From the IMG/VR virus record IMGVR_UViG_3300033149_002562: a stretch of 20,000 nt of DNA. One strand, 5' to 3'. The stretch comes from an uncultured virus (IMG/VR IMGVR_UViG_3300033149_002562). Its lineage: Duplodnaviria > Heunggongvirae > Uroviricota > Caudoviricetes. The first letter of the stretch is position 1; each line of letters opens with the position of its first letter. The translations under genes were made by a program, and so were the position numbers. The notes beneath the pieces were generated by a model. That model was not told the origin of the DNA. It saw only the letters and a program-made list of their open reading frames with translations, and made no database searches. Positions 15,841 through 20,000 of the stretch are shown piece by piece.

Positions 15841-17391
15841 TCAGACAGCTACCGCTCGGCCGGTTCTTTGCATCGGCTGCCGATATACGCCAGGCTCCTG
15901 GGCTGAAAGGTACCGCCCGTCGGCCTGGCGACGCAATCGCTCGATCTCCTCGGCCTCAATCCTGGCCACGGGAATGATATACTTCGCCGCCTCCTTCAGC
16001 GAAATCTGCATCGTCCATGCTTTCTCGACGCACCGCCGCACGTTACGACCGACCCAACCGTCGTCCGCTCCGTCTGGCAACGAACCGATTACGTCTGGGT
16101 AACGGCTAAGCCACACCTGCCAGATAGCCTTCAACTCGTCCGGGCCAGGCAAATCGAAAAAGAACGTATCGACGAACCTAGACCGCATCGCGGCCGACAG
16201 GCCATCGACCGAGTTACTCGTCGCCATCCATACCGTCTCGTTGCCGCCTACGGCTTCGATCACCTTTAACGCCGTTCTGAGCGCTTGTTGCGATTCACCC
16301 ACAAGCGATCCCTGCATCGCGCCGAGGTCCAACCGAATCACGGTGCGGTCGAACTCTGCCGCACACGCTTTGCAATACGCCGATTTGCCAGCCCCCGGCA
16401 CGCCAAGAAGCATCACGCCGTACACGTCGTGATCTTCCATCCAGGTAAGCAGTTGGCCCTCCTGGTCTTGATTTACGCCGCTCGTGTCTTGACGCGCGGC
16501 TAAGCCCGTCTTCTCCACTTCATCTAGCCATACTAATAACCGAACCGGGCGGCGTCCGGCGATAATTCGCCTGCCATACTCTTTGATTGGCTCCAAGCCA
16601 CCGAGATCGGCGAATCGTTCACCACCGCGATAGACCGATAGCCCCCGCGTCTGCTCGATCACGGCCCGATTCGTCGCCCACAAATGGTCTAGGTCGATCC
16701 CCTTCGGCCGCAGGGCCATCGCCACTGCCTGCTCGGCTGCGAACGCTGACAGACCGGTGGTCGCCTCCACGGCCCCAGCCCGCTCAGCCTTCGTGAGCTT
16801 CTTTCGCTTCGACTGGCCGGTGCCACCGCACGACCCGCACTTCAGCCCGCTTTTAACGCCCTGACCGTCGCACTTGCCACACACACGCGCGGCCGCGTCC
16901 AATTCATCGATGATCTCGCCGAGCTGCTCAGCGTCCGGGTAAGGCTCGTCCAATACCACCACGTCGTCCTTAAGCTGCGGCGGCAGCTCGGCCGTGTGCC
17001 CTAGTAAGATCAGCAGCCGCCCGTCCGCCTTGAATTGGTCGCGGAGGTTGGCGATACCCTGCGTCACCATCGGGTCCGGCTTGCCGTCCCGGACAGTCAG
17101 CATATCGGCACCGTGCATGTACGCCACGGTACCCGGCGGCATCCTCACCGCCTCGACCAGAAAGCCCGGCGGCGAAAACGACTCATCAGTAAACTTCTGC
17201 GCAACAGTTTTGCCGCCTTCGTTGACTGGCCGAACGCCAGCTACGATGTCCCACTGAACCGCTGGAGCCTCCGCAAACGCCCCGTTCACGCCTCGGACCA
17301 ACGCCTGTGGGTCGGGCGTGGAAATCCAGATCAACGGAACGCCAGCGCGACGTGCGTGCTTCAATTGGTCCTTGAAAGTCATCACACTCAT
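15841..17391 (-). CDS. Ycf46-like AAA+ ATPase with rearranged Walker motifs and a DnaJ-type zinc finger insert
   Basis: Degenerate N-terminal P-loop domain (RAGVPLIWI.T.D; LPPQLKDD), FADLGGLEPIK, VWLDEVEK, GVPGAGKS, RLDLG...GSLVGES, MATSN, SRF..FFFDLP; start refined to 17391 (SD AGGAG). Confidence 0.9.
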   Translation of the reverse strand: MSVMTFKDQLKHARRAGVPLIWISTPDPQALVRGVNGAFAEAPAVQWDIVAGVRPVNEGGKTVAQKFTDESFSPPGFLVEAVRMPPGTVAYMHGADMLTVRDGKPDPMVTQGIANLRDQFKADGRLLILLGHTAELPPQLKDDVVVLDEPYPDAEQLGEIIDELDAAARVCGKCDGQGVKSGLKCGSCGGTGQSKRKKLTKAERAGAVEATTGLSAFAAEQAVAMALRPKGIDLDHLWATNRAVIEQTRGLSVYRGGERFADLGGLEPIKEYGRRIIAGRRPVRLLVWLDEVEKTGLAARQDTSGVNQDQEGQLLTWMEDHDVYGVMLLGVPGAGKSAYCKACAAEFDRTVIRLDLGAMQGSLVGESQQALRTALKVIEAVGGNETVWMATSNSVDGLSAAMRSRFVDTFFFDLPGPDELKAIWQVWLSRYPDVIGSLPDGADDGWVGRNVRRCVEKAWTMQISLKEAAKYIIPVARIEAEEIERLRRQADGRYLSAQEPGVYRQPMQRTGRAVAV

Positions 17392-17416
17392 CTTCGTTTC
17401 TCCTATAGTCAAGATT

Positions 17417-17758
17417 CTATCGCAATCCGCGCCGCGGACTAATGCGAGCAACCTTCTTCACGACTTTCAGTTCAACGACACCCCAATCCGGTGGCCCCGC
17501 TCTATACAACCGAATCGTTCCCGGCTGCAATTCGTCGTCGGACTCCAACGGCTCGTAATCAAGCAGCAGGTACCAGCCGTGGTCTCTCACGTTGGTAACC
17601 CTTGCCACAAATCGCCGCGGTTCCGCATCGGGCGTAACCTCTAACACCGCGACATGATCGAGCGGCCCAACGCGAGTGTGATAGCTCTCGGCAGGACGGA
17701 TGCCCATATCCCGGAGCTGCCGATTACGAATCTGACGGCTAGTTTTGGTCGCAATCAT
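17417..17758 (-). CDS. Hypothetical protein
   Basis: SD AAGGAG; ATGA coupling with the upstream ORF. Confidence 0.65.
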   Translation of the reverse strand: MIATKTSRQIRNRQLRDMGIRPAESYHTRVGPLDHVAVLEVTPDAEPRRFVARVTNVRDHGWYLLLDYEPLESDDELQPGTIRLYRAGPPDWGVVELKVVKKVARISPRRGLR

Positions 17759-17967
17759 CGCTTCGCTCCTTCCAGTCTAGTAAATACAACAACACCGTGC
17801 CCATCAATGATCCGATGGCAAGGAGTGTTACGGTTTCTACAAAGATAGGATACATAAAGACTACTCCAGTTATTGCATCGTGAGAAAATGCCGTCGCAGC
17901 CCGTGCATACCACCTGGTCGGCGAACCTGCTGATCCGAGGGGTCGTCATGACGCGCAGGTCGCGCAT
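17755..17967 (-). CDS. Small Cys-rich hypothetical protein
   Basis: CTGC...C...C...C; start ATG 17967 (GAGG SD) or 17982. Confidence 0.5.
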   Translation of the reverse strand: MRDLRVMTTPRISRFADQVVCTGCDGIFSRCNNWSSLYVSYLCRNRNTPCHRIIDGHGVVVFTRLEGAKR

Positions 17968-17978
17968 GGTCTCTTTCC

Positions 17979-18666
17979 TCATCGGATCACACCCACGCCA
18001 GGTGGATCGGTCCAACCCGCGGGCAGCTTGGCACCGAAGAGGTAGAGCCACCGCCCGACCTTTCCGACGCGGAATCCTTCTGGCAACTTGCTGCTGCGAA
18101 GATCGAGGTAACCACCTACGTTACCGATGCGGGAGCCCCTGGGCAGCTTGCAGCCGCGTAGATTGAGGTCGCCCCCCACGTCGCCGACGCAAAAGCCGCC
18201 GGAGGGTTTGCAGCCGCCAAGGTAAAGTGAGTCGCGTACATTACCGATGCGAAAGCCCGCGGGCAACTTGGCACGGGTGAGGTAGAGCGATCCGCCCACG
18301 TTCCCGATACGGAAGCCGGCAGGCAGATCGCAGTACGAAAGGTAAAGTGATCCGTTTACGTTCCCGATGCGAAACCCCTCAGGCAGCTTACAACGGTGAC
18401 AATCGAGGGAACCGCCGGAGTGTTTCAGAATCAACTTCAGTTGTGCCGCGGTTGACTCTTTCACGCGCCACCAGCGCAGGACTCGCACTCGCCGGTGACA
18501 ACGAACCCCGGGCACGCCACTTTTGCAGTAGGGTTTGTCAGTCGCGGTCTCGATCTCCGCAACGACGGGCCCCGTCCCGGCAGCGTACAGCCCGCCGGTT
18601 ACTGCAATGTAGGCTCCGTTGCCCGGCACGTCCTGCCAACTGGAGTAGCTTCAGTCCGATCATCAT
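17979..18666 (-). pseudogene. 20-aa-repeat (LRR-like) solenoid protein, copy A, apparently frameshifted at the 5' end
   Basis: Six full LPxGFRIGNVxGxLxLxxxK repeats. The SD-led ATG at 18666 is one base out of frame with the body, whose frame is closed upstream by TGA at 18651-18653. Confidence 0.55.
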
Positions 18667-18715
18667 TCTCTCCTCGGTAAGCCAGAGCATCACATACAGC
18701 TTCGATCCTTTCGTG

Positions 18716-19288
18716 TTATGCCTGTACCATCCTGGCGAGCGGCAAACATGGACAAAACGTCCACCGCGGGTCTTGGAGCAACGTAAGCACTACGTCGCTT
18801 GCGTCGAGGCCCGCCGACCACACCTCGATAGTCACGTGGTCGAATACCGTACCCGGCCCGCCGCCGTCACGATCAACGATCAATTCGGGCCAGTGATCAT
18901 CAATAATCTGCTCGGCAATCGACTGCCACGCGTTCGGTACCTGGAGTAACACGCGGTCGTAATCCGCTGTGAGCCGCTCGGCGAAGTGCCACCCCGCATC
19001 CCATGCCTGTGCGTCCGCGGGATCGAGGTCAGCCTGCACCTGGCCGTAGTATTCGTCAGGAGTAAACCACTGTAGGTCGTCGCGCCGCTCGGGCGACAGG
19101 TATGGGTTGTCTGTATATAACAATCCCTCAGCGTGAGCCTCCTGCCCCTCACTGAACCACCAGGCGTAATTCGCCTCGGATTCAATATACTTCGGGTCAA
19201 GACTGCCCGGCTTGCCGCTCTTGGCGTCGGCATAAGCAGCCTTGATCTCTTCGCCCGTCCACGGGCGTTTCGCGTAGTGACTACTCAT
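18716..19288 (-). CDS. Hypothetical protein with an Rmf/CrpP-like motif
   Basis: WFSEGQEAHAEG....DNPY ... AQAWDAGW; SD AAGGAG. Confidence 0.6.
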   Translation of the reverse strand: MSSHYAKRPWTGEEIKAAYADAKSGKPGSLDPKYIESEANYAWWFSEGQEAHAEGLLYTDNPYLSPERRDDLQWFTPDEYYGQVQADLDPADAQAWDAGWHFAERLTADYDRVLLQVPNAWQSIAEQIIDDHWPELIVDRDGGGPGTVFDHVTIEVWSAGLDASDVVLTLLQDPRWTFCPCLPLARMVQA

Positions 19289-19345
19289 TTTCGTCTCTCC
19301 TTTGCGTTAAGGTTTACCCGGAACCGCCGGGTGCGATCAAAACGG

Positions 19346-20000
19346 TTAGCGAACCACGCGCACGCCAGGAGGATCGGTCCAGCCATCGGGCAGCTTGGCA
19401 CCGGCGAGGTAGAGCGTGCCGCCTACGCCGCCCAGCCGAAAACCCTTGGGCACCGTACTACCGCGAAGGTCAAGCTCGCCACCCACGTTGCCGATGCGGA
19501 ACCCCTCGGGGAGCTTCGCGCCGCGAAGATCGAGCTTGTAGCCCACGTTGCCGATGCGGAAGCCGGCAGGCAGATCGCAGTACGAAAGATCAAGGTTGCC
19601 GCCCACTCTCCCGATGCGGAAACCCTCGGGTAGCTCGCAGCGTTGTAGAAACAATGATCCCCACACGTTCCCGATCCTGAATCCCTCGGGCAGCTTCGTC
19701 TCGCACAAGTCAAGGTTGTTGCCCACGTTCCCGATGCGAAAGCGCTTGGGCAGTTTGGCGCGGCGCAAATCGAGTGAGCCGTCTACGTTCTCGATGCGGA
19801 AACCCTCGGGTAGCTCGCTGTGTTGTAGGAACACTGATCCGTCCACGTTACCAATGCGGAAGCCCTCGGGCACCTTGGCACCGGAAAGGTCGAGATAGCC
19901 GCCGGAGTGCTTGAGAATCACATCGAGTTGCGCCGCGGTCGATTCCTCGACGCGCCACCATCGCAGAACCCGCACGCGCCGGTGACACTGAACGCCGAGC
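19346..20000 (-). CDS. 20-aa-repeat (LRR-like) solenoid protein, copy B, N-terminus beyond window edge
   Basis: Frame is open to the edge (LGVQCHRRVRVLRWW...); eight full 20-aa repeats; same N-flank and WTDPPGV C-cap as copy A. Confidence 0.85.
   Translation of the reverse strand, partial: LGVQCHRRVRVLRWWRVEESTAAQLDVILKHSGGYLDLSGAKVPEGFRIGNVDGSVFLQHSELPEGFRIENVDGSLDLRRAKLPKRFRIGNVGNNLDLCETKLPEGFRIGNVWGSLFLQRCELPEGFRIGRVGGNLDLSYCDLPAGFRIGNVGYKLDLRGAKLPEGFRIGNVGGELDLRGSTVPKGFRLGGVGGTLYLAGAKLPDGWTDPPGVRVVR

Noticed and set aside
17979..20000. Diversity-generating retroelement TR/VR pair or CRISPR array
   Set aside because: The repeats are in-frame 60-bp coding units, differences are not evidently adenine-specific, and there is no reverse transcriptase, cas gene or repeat-spacer pattern in the window.

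Overview
GC-rich fragment of a tailed (Caudoviricetes) phage or prophage; the CsrA sequence and the DUF1257/DUF2997 module suggest a Planctomycetota host (inference). There are three blocks. (1) 1-5968, minus strand: packaging and head genes (TerS, TerL, a small ORF, a portal fused to a Mu-gpF/SPP1-gp7 head morphogenesis domain, and an HK97-type prohead protease running off the left edge). (2) 6212-12659, plus strand: accessory genes (ABA-sandwich protein, a degenerate tRNA-Ile(UAU), Imm5-like protein, N4/N6 DNA methyltransferase, Gp37/Gp68, Vsr/DUF559-like nuclease). (3) 12672-20000, minus strand: two paralogous 20-aa-repeat solenoid genes, an Rmf-like protein, a five-gene module (AAA+, DUF3150-like, DUF1257, DUF2997, hypothetical), a ~250-nt structured GGA-rich RNA element, csrA and an HNH nuclease. 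The most notable observations are an AAA+ ATPase whose Walker B segment lies before Walker A, and a candidate Csr-type RNA transcribed from its own extended -10 promoter just upstream of a phage csrA. All family assignments come from motif recognition by eye; no searches were run.
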